A stretch of DNA of 39,938 nucleotides from a virus. The translations under genes were made by a program, and so were the position numbers. Positions 1 through 7,958 of the stretch are shown piece by piece (positions within the stretch are counted from its first letter, which is position 1; the number at the start of each line of letters is the position of its first letter). Under the pieces are notes generated by a model. The model did no database searches and was not told where the DNA came from. It worked only from the letters and a program-made list of their open reading frames with translations. Location: positions 1 to 39,938 of the IMG/VR virus record IMGVR_UViG_3300045988_020036. One strand, given 5' to 3'.

Positions 1-141
1 CTGCTGGATAAAGTCGATCAGGCAGTATTCAAAATCCGCACACTTGTTGTCCTGCGGCTGATATGCCGCCTCAATTTCTGTTGCGGTCTTCTCCACAGCG
101 GCAAGAGCTGCCACATCCAGCATTTGTGCATCTTCGTACAG
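1..141. repeat. Direct terminal repeat, exact copy of 39798-39938 (circular-contig overlap or terminal redundancy of a headful-packaged genome)
   Basis: Read by eye: ctgctggataaagtcgatcagg...catcttcgtacag occurs at both window ends. The repeat lies inside the portal reading frame and joins it in phase. Confidence 0.95.
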
Positions 142-1131
142 ATCCCGACGCAGAATTTCCAGCATAGTTTTCCGGGCTTCAACAGGAACATCCAGCGTAT
201 GTGCCTCTGCACCTGTTCCGTCTGTGCTGTCCACCAGCGTGGCTTTTACGCTCTTCATCCGCTGGATAAACTGGGCCAAATCAGTATCTTCCATAGCACC
301 GCTGTTTTTCAAAATCCAGTAAACGCCGCTGGTATCGTCAATCTGATTTGCGAATCCGGACTTGATGAAATCGTAGCAATCAATGGAGCCACGCAGTCCT
401 ACCAACTCGCTTTCGTGGGTGTCGTTGCCGTAAAGAATGGCAATGGGCAGCTGGGTGTAATTCTCATCGCACTGATCCACCACGCCAAAGGCGTTTCTCA
501 GTTCTTTTCGGATGTATCCACGTTTCGCAACCGCAATCTCTGCATCGTCACTGTCCTTTGCCGCCCATTCACTCACGCCGTCCAGCTCATAAAGCGTTGC
601 CCTGAACACTTTCGTTCTCCCGGTATCCCGGAACCAGTAGCGGATGCCAGCTTTGATTTCGGAGGTATCTTCGTCCAGAAGAGGAACAAAACCGGGATTT
701 CCGGGAGTGTCGGCAAAAGAGAATACTTCCAGGTGATCCAAATTCCAGTATCCGAAAGCTACGCCCTGAGCCAGAGCCAGCTTTGCCGCAGACTGAAGCT
801 GTTTGTCGATATTCTTCCCCAGCTTTTCCTTGCCGTCCATGCTAACGCCATTCGCCAGCATATAGCCAACTTCCTGCAACACCATACGCCGGAAGAAAAG
901 TGTTTCCAACCGGTAGTCACTGCTCCAGATGTCAGGCGTTTTGTTGCCGGACAAAGTAAAGAGGAATTTCTGGAATTTCTCAATCGTGGTATTGTGTTTA
1001 CTGTAATACGCCATACCGTCCACAGCATTCTTGTAGGCTTTGCTCCCCTGATGCTCCCGAACCGCATCCCGGAGAAATGCACCAACATTTCCCTTTACAA
1101 TGGCTTCCTGTAAATCCTGATATGTTTTCAT
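1..1131 (-). CDS. Portal protein (SPP1 gp6-like), N-terminal 377 codons; the gene wraps the window junction and continues at 39797->39531
   Basis: ATG at 1131-1129 follows a GGAGGG RBS. My translation begins MKTYQDLQEAIVKGNVGAFLRDAVREHQGSKAYKNAV. The frame stays open to base 1 and is in phase with ORF 39531..39920 once the 141-bp repeat is collapsed (1398 nt, 465 aa). It sits between the terminase and MuF genes. The listed + ORF 124..1113 is its antisense shadow. Confidence 0.88.
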   Translation of the reverse strand, partial: MKTYQDLQEAIVKGNVGAFLRDAVREHQGSKAYKNAVDGMAYYSKHNTTIEKFQKFLFTLSGNKTPDIWSSDYRLETLFFRRMVLQEVGYMLANGVSMDGKEKLGKNIDKQLQSAAKLALAQGVAFGYWNLDHLEVFSFADTPGNPGFVPLLDEDTSEIKAGIRYWFRDTGRTKVFRATLYELDGVSEWAAKDSDDAEIAVAKRGYIRKELRNAFGVVDQCDENYTQLPIAILYGNDTHESELVGLRGSIDCYDFIKSGFANQIDDTSGVYWILKNSGAMEDTDLAQFIQRMKSVKATLVDSTDGTGAEAHTLDVPVEARKTMLEILRRDLYEDAQMLDVAALAAVEKTATEIEAAYQPQDNKCADFEYCLIDFIQQ

Positions 1132-1163
1132 TCGTTCCCTCCAAATTATAGAATTTTAGTTGC

Positions 1164-2423
1164 TTACAAAAATGCAGCAGCTGCAGGGGCAAGTGTAGTT
1201 TCTTTTTTGCTCCACAGTCGCTTGACGATGCAGGACAGGCTATCCGGTGCATCATCATGCTCGGCTTCTTCGTTGTAGTCGCAAATCTGGTTGATGTACG
1301 CTTTGTCCGTCCCATCCACAAACACGACATTTTTCCACTCAGGCTTTAGCACGCTGGAAATCTTCTCGAATTTGTTCTGGTTTTCGTGGTACTCCACACA
1401 CCGTTCCCCACGCCGCCGCAAATCCTTTGCCAGATATCCCTTGTCACCGTTGTTCTCGCAGTAAATCACCCCGGCGTTAAACATTTTCCGATACCGGATA
1501 ATGTCATCCTTGCAGTCATCAACGTGCTTTCTCCACATCTTGCCAAAAACATAGTATTTCTCATTGCGTTTCTTACAGATAGTAAACGCTGTGTAATCCT
1601 CTCCGCCATAGGCGGCATCCACATGGCAAATGCCTTGTTCCGCAAGGGCAGGATCAGCACCAGTTACCGGGGCCCGGAATATCACATCATCGGAAGCAAT
1701 GTGCCGCAGTTCGTAGTTTGCGGCGAACAGGGAAGCGGTCATACTGTCCCGGATTTTTGCCAGCTTTTCTTTGCTTATCAGACCTGTGGAGTAACAATCG
1801 TATCTTTCCGGCTCCTTTACAAGGGTAAACGCATCATCTGGGTGCCATGGTGTGCCGATAAACACAATGCGGCCATCTCTAGTTACAATGTTTCGGAGTT
1901 CTCGCACTATCGCTTTTGTCTTTTCTCGTTCCGCTTTACTCAAACGGTCTTGTAGGTTTACTACGTCATCACAGATTATCAAATCAGCGTGCTTGCCGGT
2001 CAAACTTCCGCCACAGCCGCACCCAACAAGTTGCTCTGCGCCTCTTGGACTGTCATAGGTGGAAACGGTCATACTTGTTGAATTTGCGGTAGTCAAATAT
2101 ATTTTGCTTCCAGTAAGCACTTCGGCCATATATCGAAACGCCTCATTCTCAAAAACTTTCTGAGCTTGGGCTATTGATTCTGCTACGTCTGAATCGGTTT
2201 TCCGCATAAACAAAGCATTTTTTGCATGATATAATACCGACCACATAGCTAGAGCTACTGAAAGCGCAGAGGATTTATAGCTAAGTCTGTGCGCTTGCAA
2301 CGAATAGTCATCGTCTCCATAAATGATATGTTGCATCCATTTCCCGTGAAGATCATCCGTTAAATCCTTAAATCCAACCATGCGGCCAACCGCAGCCGGG
2401 TATTCACGCCATATTCTCCACAC
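1164..2423 (-). CDS. terL: Terminase large subunit
   Basis: 419-aa ORF with a Walker-B-like DLIICDDV, a deviant Walker-A-like RLSYKSS and a C-terminal nuclease-like region (IGTPWHPDD, HVDAAYGGEDYTAF). It follows the small terminase gene. The start is GTG and the frame is open further upstream, so the true start is uncertain. Confidence 0.9.
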   Translation of the reverse strand: MWRIWREYPAAVGRMVGFKDLTDDLHGKWMQHIIYGDDDYSLQAHRLSYKSSALSVALAMWSVLYHAKNALFMRKTDSDVAESIAQAQKVFENEAFRYMAEVLTGSKIYLTTANSTSMTVSTYDSPRGAEQLVGCGCGGSLTGKHADLIICDDVVNLQDRLSKAEREKTKAIVRELRNIVTRDGRIVFIGTPWHPDDAFTLVKEPERYDCYSTGLISKEKLAKIRDSMTASLFAANYELRHIASDDVIFRAPVTGADPALAEQGICHVDAAYGGEDYTAFTICKKRNEKYYVFGKMWRKHVDDCKDDIIRYRKMFNAGVIYCENNGDKGYLAKDLRRRGERCVEYHENQNKFEKISSVLKPEWKNVVFVDGTDKAYINQICDYNEEAEHDDAPDSLSCIVKRLWSKKETTLAPAAAAFL

Positions 2424-2443
2424 AACATCTCTAGTCAGTCCAT

Positions 2444-2899
2444 CTATAAGATTTCCCCCTTTGTTTCTTCCAGCAACTTGTCAATGGCCTTTTTCGCGTC
2501 TTCTGACAACTCCTGTTTCGTCAAGTCAACTTTTTCAACATACAGACCATACCGCTTTCCCAGCAACTCCGCAGCTTGCAATCGCTCTTTTTCGTTCGGG
2601 TGCTTGCCCATTTCTCTGGGCAATCCATCTTCCACGACTATTACGGTGGACATTGATTCTCCACGCATAACAGACGTTAAGTATTTAAGTATTTCATCCT
2701 GTGTCGCAATCAGGGAAGCTTCTTTTTCCTTCATGCGCTGTTCTATCTGATTTTTAATGTTAGGTTTTATAAGGTTTTCCGTTGCAATTACTGCAGCTGT
2801 TTTTTTAGAATACCCGGCTCTGATTGCGGCCTGAGTGGCGTTCAAATCAATCAAATATTCATCCACAAATCTTTGCTGTTTTGCCGTTAATTTTGCCAC
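2444..2899 (-). CDS. terS: Terminase small subunit (Terminase_2 / P27-like)
   Basis: N-terminus (M)AKLTAKQQRFVDEYLIDLNATQAAIRAGYSKKTA is the classic HTH of this family. GTG start with a GGTGAG RBS; ends in TAG. Confidence 0.9.
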   Translation of the reverse strand: MAKLTAKQQRFVDEYLIDLNATQAAIRAGYSKKTAAVIATENLIKPNIKNQIEQRMKEKEASLIATQDEILKYLTSVMRGESMSTVIVVEDGLPREMGKHPNEKERLQAAELLGKRYGLYVEKVDLTKQELSEDAKKAIDKLLEETKGEIL

Positions 2900-3029
2900 A
2901 ATCTCACCACTTTTCTAAAATATTTGTTGGGTTTTGCACTATACTGAATAATACTATAGCCCTGCCGAAAAGGTTTGGTTTTCCTTTTATTGCTATTTTA
3001 CATGAACTCACAGGGCATGATACACATTT

Positions 3030-3692
3030 TCAAAAGATTCTTTGTTGCGCTGTGTATTCTTCAAACGCCTCCTCCTGCTTTTGAAAATACTCTTTGTCGA
3101 TTTCTATCCCCACAAAATCCAAAGCAAAGTCGTATGCCGCTCTGCGTGAGCTTCCGCTTCCTAAGTGGGTATCGAGTACCTTGTATCCAGGTTTCGTATA
3201 GTGGCTGTATATCCACCGGTATAATTCCTCCGGCTTTTGTGTTGGGTGGAATCTGCCCGCTATACCCGCAGACGACATTTTGATAACTTTTGCGTTATCG
3301 TTGAAACTGCACCAGGCATATTCCGCCATTGCCATAGAAAAGTTTTCCGGAATATTTGTTTTCAGCCAGACCAAAAAGCACCTGTTTGGAGGAAGTTGGA
3401 AATAGTTTCCACCCCATATAATTTGCTCCTTGCTCACCCGGAAAAGCTCTTTGAAGTAATCCTCGCTGGGGGCATAGTCCCAGCTCACGATTTTTTTCCG
3501 AACTTTGCCGCCCACTTTCCGCCAGTCCGGGCAATCTTGCAGGTACTTGTCAAAGCGTCCACCGAAGCGGGTATCTTCGGCAAACTTCCCCCCCCCGCTA
3601 CCATAAGGCGGATCTACAACGGCCAAGTCAAAGCACTTGTCCGGATACTCCCGCATGATTTCCATGCAGTCATCATTTATGGCAATGTTCAT
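3030..3692 (-). CDS. DNA N6-adenine/N4-cytosine methyltransferase (beta-class, orphan)
   Basis: The DPPY catalytic motif (VVDPPYGSG) precedes the SAM-binding VLDTHLGSGSS, and HPTQKPEEL is present. No partner restriction gene is nearby. Confidence 0.88.
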   Translation of the reverse strand: MNIAINDDCMEIMREYPDKCFDLAVVDPPYGSGGGKFAEDTRFGGRFDKYLQDCPDWRKVGGKVRKKIVSWDYAPSEDYFKELFRVSKEQIIWGGNYFQLPPNRCFLVWLKTNIPENFSMAMAEYAWCSFNDNAKVIKMSSAGIAGRFHPTQKPEELYRWIYSHYTKPGYKVLDTHLGSGSSRRAAYDFALDFVGIEIDKEYFQKQEEAFEEYTAQQRIF

Positions 3693-4048
3693 TATAAATA
3701 CCCCATTTCCTCCGCCACAGCGTACACGAACTCCCGGTTCCAGTCTCGTGCCGTCCCCTCCGATATATGCAGCTGCACGGCGGCACCTGGAATGTTGTAC
3801 CGCCGTTGTTTATAAACTAAATCTATCATTGCGAGGCGTTCTGAGCCTCGGTACTGGCACTTTGTTTGTGCCAGTACCTTTCTCACCGCCTTGTCAAATT
3901 TCGCTTCCTGCTGTTTCCCTTGGGCTTGTGGCATATCACAGCCCAAACTATACATGATTGATTTTTTTACATAATCATGCCATAAGTATTTCGGTCGTGA
4001 CAACACCACATCCCCTTTCACAACATAACTATCAAATGATTTTCGCAT
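3692..4048 (-). CDS. Putative late-gene transcriptional activator (RinA/ArpU/sigma-region-4-like)
   Basis: C-terminal HTH-like NIPGAAVQLHISEGTARDWNREFV. Sits near the packaging genes, where such regulators usually lie. I prefer the MRKSFDSY start (ATG 4048) over the track start at 4090. Confidence 0.5.
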   Translation of the reverse strand: MRKSFDSYVVKGDVVLSRPKYLWHDYVKKSIMYSLGCDMPQAQGKQQEAKFDKAVRKVLAQTKCQYRGSERLAMIDLVYKQRRYNIPGAAVQLHISEGTARDWNREFVYAVAEEMGYL

Positions 4049-4217
4049 TGGCAAGCCCAGCCATAAAACTAATCGGTGTTGAAATTGCAAGCAGCTTTGT
4101 CAGCGCAGCCATGCGCTTTACCGTATGCGCTTTGCTTGCTGCTTCATACAGTGCTGCAATACATCCGTATCCCTCCATCTTGTCGGCGGCCAACACATAG
4201 GATGTTGCTTGTAATGC

Positions 4218-4424
4218 CTACAAAAACCATCCGGGAACGCTGCCACCCATATAGGTTGCCATAGTCCTGCGAATGATCTTTTCTGGATCAGCCCCATCGT
4301 CTTCCTCAACATCTTCCCATACTCCATTCTTAGCGACCTGTTTAATAGCCGCCGCCAAATCTTGCGTAATACGCCAATTTACGTTTTTGATGATTTGATC
4401 TTGATCAAATGTAATTTCCGCCAT
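4218..4424 (-). CDS. Hypothetical acidic protein
   Basis: 68-aa ORF co-oriented with its neighbours; no recognisable motif. It ends in a TAG that is in frame with a further 61 sense codons (the 13-codon linker plus the 48-codon ORF 4032-4178). Confidence 0.4.
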   Translation of the reverse strand: MAEITFDQDQIIKNVNWRITQDLAAAIKQVAKNGVWEDVEEDDGADPEKIIRRTMATYMGGSVPGWFL

Positions 4425-4459
4425 AATACGCTCCTTTCACTTTCTTTTTTACAGGGCCG

Positions 4460-4843
4460 CTATTCCCACTTTCCGCTCTTATAATTATACATTTTCATGT
4501 GCGGATACCGTTCCTGGAATTTCGCCAGATTCTCGCCGTAGATATCCCTCAGAGCATCGTCCATTCGCTGCTGCACATAATCTGCTTCGTCACAGCGTTC
4601 AAATGCCTTTGTGTACTCCTCCATCTTGCTTGCACAGCCGTTCAGCATTCTGTTGATGCTCTCAGCCGATAACGCCCTGCCCATGATCTTTTGGTCGTGG
4701 GCAGCAAGGGAAATGTAGTCGCACATCTGCTGTCTTCCGATCTCAATCCCAGCTCTCAGGATGGTCATTCCTCTGGCTTTCAGACGGGCTTGGTAGTCGT
4801 TTTTTGCCACTGCGGTTCCTTCCTTTCCTGCTTTTTCTGCCAC
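4460..4843 (-). CDS. Hypothetical protein
   Basis: 127-aa ORF with a GTG start, co-oriented with its neighbours; no recognisable motif. Confidence 0.5.
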   Translation of the reverse strand: MAEKAGKEGTAVAKNDYQARLKARGMTILRAGIEIGRQQMCDYISLAAHDQKIMGRALSAESINRMLNGCASKMEEYTKAFERCDEADYVQQRMDDALRDIYGENLAKFQERYPHMKMYNYKSGKWE

Positions 4844-4894
4844 CGCCAGTTGTACCGGCGGTTGGCTTTGAAGGGCTTAAACTGCCCGATCATT

Positions 4895-5140
4895 CTAGGC
4901 TTTCCCATTGCAATCCTCCTTCTTTTTTTCCATTTCCAGCCATTCCAGAAAAATTTCTCTGTTTTTGTTGTACTCAAAAATCAGACTTTCCACTTTCCAG
5001 ACCGCCCGGAATTTCGTACTGACAAGAAACCATATTTCGAACACAAAACGTACCATGAAGGCGACTGTTACGGAGAACAGAGCAATCCCGCCCAGGCAAA
5101 AGAAGGCATATCCGATATTTCGGGCGATACTCTCAACCAT
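4895..5140 (-). CDS. Small membrane protein
   Basis: MVESIARNIGYAFFCLGGIALFSVTVAFMVRFVF contains one hydrophobic helix. ATG 5140 follows GGTGGAG. This is shorter than the track ORF 4895..5188. Confidence 0.5.
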   Translation of the reverse strand: MVESIARNIGYAFFCLGGIALFSVTVAFMVRFVFEIWFLVSTKFRAVWKVESLIFEYNKNREIFLEWLEMEKKKEDCNGKA

Positions 5141-5441
5141 TGTTTTTCTCCACCTTGTTTTCTCCTGCTCCGCAGGAACAGAAGTCATCGTATCTCATGG
5201 TGCTGCTGTATCTACGACATCCACCGTAGTCTCTGTTTACTTCGACATGTCTTTGCCATCGTTTGCAATCTTTGCACCGCACCACCGGCACGGCGTCCAC
5301 GGTTGGCGTGATTTGCTGATTTTTTAGCGCCGATATAGCTATATTAAGCGCCTTATTAACGCCCTTTGTAAACATTCCGGTATTTTTGACTCTTTGCTCC
5401 GCTAAAAAGCGGATAAAAGCATCCGCATCAATCAGCCGCAT
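5133..5441 (-). CDS. Hypothetical protein with a Cys-rich C-terminus
   Basis: 102-aa ORF beginning MRLIDADAF..., with CKDCKRW...C...CSC near the end. I recognise this as a common phage early-protein pattern of unknown function. Confidence 0.5.
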   Translation of the reverse strand: MRLIDADAFIRFLAEQRVKNTGMFTKGVNKALNIAISALKNQQITPTVDAVPVVRCKDCKRWQRHVEVNRDYGGCRRYSSTMRYDDFCSCGAGENKVEKNNG

Positions 5442-5453
5442 TTTCTTTCCCTC

Positions 5454-5729
5454 CTATACATCAAACTGATAATGTTCAAAAATCCATTGCAGGGCGTGTT
5501 GCAGTTCATCTTTCGTAACGCCGTTCAGCGTTTCAAGGGATGCAATTTTTTCAATGGCAAGGACTTTTGCCCAAATCGGGACTGTTTCATCAGCCAGATG
5601 ATATTTGAAAATGCCGGCGGCTTGTCCGAGGCTCAAATTCCCGGTACACGGGAATGGAATCACAGCCGGTTCTGGCTTCTCTATGATTTCCTGTGGAAAT
5701 TCGTCCATTTTGGTTTGCAAGGTTATCAA
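5454..5729 (-). CDS. Hypothetical protein
   Basis: 91-aa ORF, tightly packed with its neighbours. Confidence 0.5.
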   Translation of the reverse strand: MITLQTKMDEFPQEIIEKPEPAVIPFPCTGNLSLGQAAGIFKYHLADETVPIWAKVLAIEKIASLETLNGVTKDELQHALQWIFEHYQFDV

Positions 5730-6121
5730 GGCAATACCTCCTCCGGCAGTTCAGGAAGCGGCATCCAGTGGGTGATTTCTATACCGCTATCCACCAAGTC
5801 CGGTTCGTTCCTGCCGTACTCGGCAAGAAGATCTTCGCATACACACGACCACCAATACCACTTTTTTCTGTAATAGACAGCAGTCGCTTTTTGCGGTACG
5901 TCCTTAATTTTCCCGTAATACGGCTCTGGTCTGTGATTTACCAAAATCACATTTACAGGCTCAAGTTCCTCCGGCATTCGCTCACTGCGTGGAATCCAGT
6001 GCCGCACCGGCTCCACATCGGCGGCGGGGAAGCTGTCAAATTCTTCTTCCGACATTTCTGGCAAAAATCCGCAGCAGAGATATTTTTTCTTAAACGCCTC
6101 TCGGCTAATGTAATCACTCAT
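5726..6121 (-). CDS. DUF551-like phage protein
   Basis: ATG 6121 follows GGAGGAATTGAA and overlaps the upstream stop as ATGA. The W/P-rich pattern (RHWIPRSERMPE...ITHWMPLPELPE) is typical of DUF551. Confidence 0.5.
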   Translation of the reverse strand: MSDYISREAFKKKYLCCGFLPEMSEEEFDSFPAADVEPVRHWIPRSERMPEELEPVNVILVNHRPEPYYGKIKDVPQKATAVYYRKKWYWWSCVCEDLLAEYGRNEPDLVDSGIEITHWMPLPELPEEVLP

Positions 6122-6645
6122 TTCAATTCCTCCACGTAGCACCAACTCTGGGGCGGTTTTTCTACCGTGCAATCAAGGCACGTCCCGCACTTTGGAATGG
6201 CTATACCCAGGTCGTTGTATTTACATTCACGGTTCCATGGTTTGAAACGATAGAGTGGCTTCGGCATATCGTAGATTTTTAGGTTGGAAATGTGCCAGCC
6301 GTATAGCGTTGCACCTTTTCCGTAGTCCCATAAAGCACCGTTCACAAGCCCGGTCTGTGCAACAAAGTCATCGTCCACATCATAGGTTCCATACGGTTCC
6401 GTTGCTGGAACTATGGGAGCTATTCGGTCACAGACAAACTCTCCGATAACCTGTCCTCGTCCTTTGAAAATTGTGTGCCCATCTTCATCTATCCACGGGG
6501 TTTCGGTGCGGCCTTGCGTTTCGTATATGTAGCACTTGAACGGCAGTTCCAACTTCGGCCTGTTCTTCCGTACTTCAAGCGTTTTTTTGCCGCTGGTGAT
6601 CCGCACCACCCACTCCGGGCGAATAGAAATAAGTACAGCTTTCAT
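6118..6645 (-). CDS. ASCH (PUA-fold) domain protein with a Cys-rich C-terminal extension
   Basis: N-terminus MKAVLISIRPEWVVRITSGKKTLEVRKN matches the ASCH signature. The C-terminus carries C...CGTCLDC. Confidence 0.62.
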   Translation of the reverse strand: MKAVLISIRPEWVVRITSGKKTLEVRKNRPKLELPFKCYIYETQGRTETPWIDEDGHTIFKGRGQVIGEFVCDRIAPIVPATEPYGTYDVDDDFVAQTGLVNGALWDYGKGATLYGWHISNLKIYDMPKPLYRFKPWNRECKYNDLGIAIPKCGTCLDCTVEKPPQSWCYVEELK

Positions 6646-6658
6646 TACCGTTTCTCCT

Positions 6659-7006
6659 TTATCTCGCTATCCCGCTTAGGCGGAACCATTCTTTGTCCGC
6701 CGCATCTGCTTCACGGAGTAATTCTGCGGCTTGATCAAGTATCTGCTGCGGTATCTCCACAATTAGTTTCCCATCATACGGTTTGAGCAGTTCGCAGTAT
6801 TCCATTCTCTTGTCATGGGCTTTCTTAAGCAACATATCACAACGGTCTATTTTGTCCATATCCTTCTTGAATTTAAGGTCTGCAAGAATGGCATTGAGTG
6901 ATGGCCACCCAAGGCTGAGTTTCTCGAATTTAAGAATGCACCAAATCAGTTCTTCCTTGCTCAGCTTTCGCAGTTTTGCTGTGACGTTATCGCTATTGGT
7001 TGCCAT
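6659..7006 (-). CDS. Hypothetical coiled-coil protein
   Basis: ATG 7006 follows GGAGGACTGACA, giving MATNSDNVTAKLRKLSKEEL... The longer track ORF (to 7093) would overlap the Lar gene by 100 nt. Confidence 0.5.
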   Translation of the reverse strand: MATNSDNVTAKLRKLSKEELIWCILKFEKLSLGWPSLNAILADLKFKKDMDKIDRCDMLLKKAHDKRMEYCELLKPYDGKLIVEIPQQILDQAAELLREADAADKEWFRLSGIAR

Positions 7007-7202
7007 TGTCAGTCCTCCGGTTCCATGCTTCAATTGCTTCTGGTTCTTTCGCGTAATGACCAGTAGAAGCACCACATCCACCAATGTTTGCACTACAGAT
7101 CACAACATAATCCCGAAAGTTGTATTCTTTGATGGCCACTCCATGCAGTTCAGGGTTGATGAACCCGCAAAACGGCCAGGGCTTCAATTTGATTTCATCC
7201 AT
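6993..7202 (-). CDS. lar: Lar-family restriction-alleviation-like protein
   Basis: LKPWPFCG...C..GGCGAS...EPEAIEAWNRR matches the Lar zinc-ribbon pattern ending in AWNRR. The first knuckle has W where Cys is expected. Confidence 0.65.
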   Translation of the reverse strand: MDEIKLKPWPFCGFINPELHGVAIKEYNFRDYVVICSANIGGCGASTGHYAKEPEAIEAWNRRTDNGNQ

Positions 7203-7205
7203 GGT

Positions 7206-7892
7206 TTACCCCTCCATTTCTTTCCTCAGCGAATCTTTGATGTAGTATTCAAGCCCAAGCCGCTGGCAGAGCTGTTCTACATCCTGCCCGAACTGCTTCC
7301 AGTCGATACTGCTCGGATGGTAGTTCAGTTTCCCGATTTTTACCTTGTCGATAATATCGTGGCATGCCGAAAGCATTTCTATAACCCCATGATGGTTCAA
7401 CACCGGCTCACAGGATACCCATGTGCTGATGCCGTACTGTTTCGCAAAGTAGATGTCAAGCAGCCGATCAGAGGGGGCATAGGTGCCAATATTGGAGCCA
7501 TCATAGGTGATCCCGTACCAGTCATTTTTGTCCAGCAAATCAAAGTCCCGGGTGCCATCTCCCTTTGTGAGGATTTGCACATGGTTCCCGCTATCCTTGA
7601 TGGCCTTGATAACTTCACGGGTTATGGATGTGTCGTACCCGGTGGGGTACGGGTCGCAGGTGAAGCAAAGGTGTATAAGCTGCCCCTTGACCTGCTCTTT
7701 CTCCAGCTGCTTTTTCAGAGCCTCCACCAACCCCGGGCGGGGTACTACGTTGGCGTGAAAGGTCTCACGATCCCGGTGCAGCACATTCGGTGCGAAACAG
7801 TAGTAGCACCTGTGGGGGCATCCGGTGTAGATATTCACTGCGTAATCGCCGTATTCCTTGGCTTTTCCTTTCGGAATATATAAAGGTTTCAT
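7206..7892 (-). CDS. Radical SAM protein (small; COG1533 / SplB 'DNA repair photolyase'-like N-terminus)
   Basis: NIYTGCPHRCYYCFAP carries the CxxxCxxC 4Fe-4S/SAM motif near the N-terminus. 228 aa. Confidence 0.8.
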   Translation of the reverse strand: MKPLYIPKGKAKEYGDYAVNIYTGCPHRCYYCFAPNVLHRDRETFHANVVPRPGLVEALKKQLEKEQVKGQLIHLCFTCDPYPTGYDTSITREVIKAIKDSGNHVQILTKGDGTRDFDLLDKNDWYGITYDGSNIGTYAPSDRLLDIYFAKQYGISTWVSCEPVLNHHGVIEMLSACHDIIDKVKIGKLNYHPSSIDWKQFGQDVEQLCQRLGLEYYIKDSLRKEMEG

Positions 7893-7910
7893 GTTTTTAC
7901 TCTCCTTCCC

Positions 7911-7928
7911 GCCCAGGTTGCCCCGGGC
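7911..7928 (-). promoter_or_regulatory. GC-rich hairpin with a GCAA (GNRA) tetraloop in the mRNA sense
   Basis: Minus-sense gcccggg-GCAA-ccugggc (6 of 7 bp) in the intergenic space upstream of the radical SAM gene. It shares the 10-mer ggttgccccg with 14721-14730. Confidence 0.4.
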
Positions 7929-7958
7929 TATAGCATTTCCGTGAGGTCACGAAAATGA

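Noticed and set aside
124-1113. 329-aa plus-strand ORF at the left end of the window
   Set aside because: It is the antisense shadow of the portal gene. The minus frame is open from 1131 to base 1, has a GGAGGG RBS and ATG, gives portal-like sequence and joins 39531-39938 in phase. The plus-strand product has no motif and an odd Cys/His/Phe-rich composition.
2900-3029. Intergenic region upstream of terS, with tatagt x2 and nested short inverted repeats, considered as the late promoter or pac site
   Set aside because: There is no convincing -35/-10 pair, and no repeat organisation that I can tie to packaging. It may hold an activator-dependent late promoter, but the sequence alone does not support a call.
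4032-4424. In-frame TAG (4218-4220) separating ORF 4218..4424 from a downstream 48-codon ORF (4032..4178), which raised the possibility of TAG recoding or read-through as seen in some gut phages
   Set aside because: TAG is used as a genuine stop for the small terminase (2444) and the integrase (18945-18947), and no suppressor tRNA is encoded. A single in-frame TAG is more simply a normal stop, or a nonsense mutation in a dispensable gene. Proteomics could revisit this.
4780-4977. 65-aa highly basic Trp/Lys/Arg-rich minus-strand ORF overlapping the gaps around 4843-4895
   Set aside because: It overlaps the better-supported neighbours in another frame, has no RBS and has an implausible composition (WKWKKRRR, WRWQKKQERK). 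It is probably a frame artefact of an A/G-rich region.
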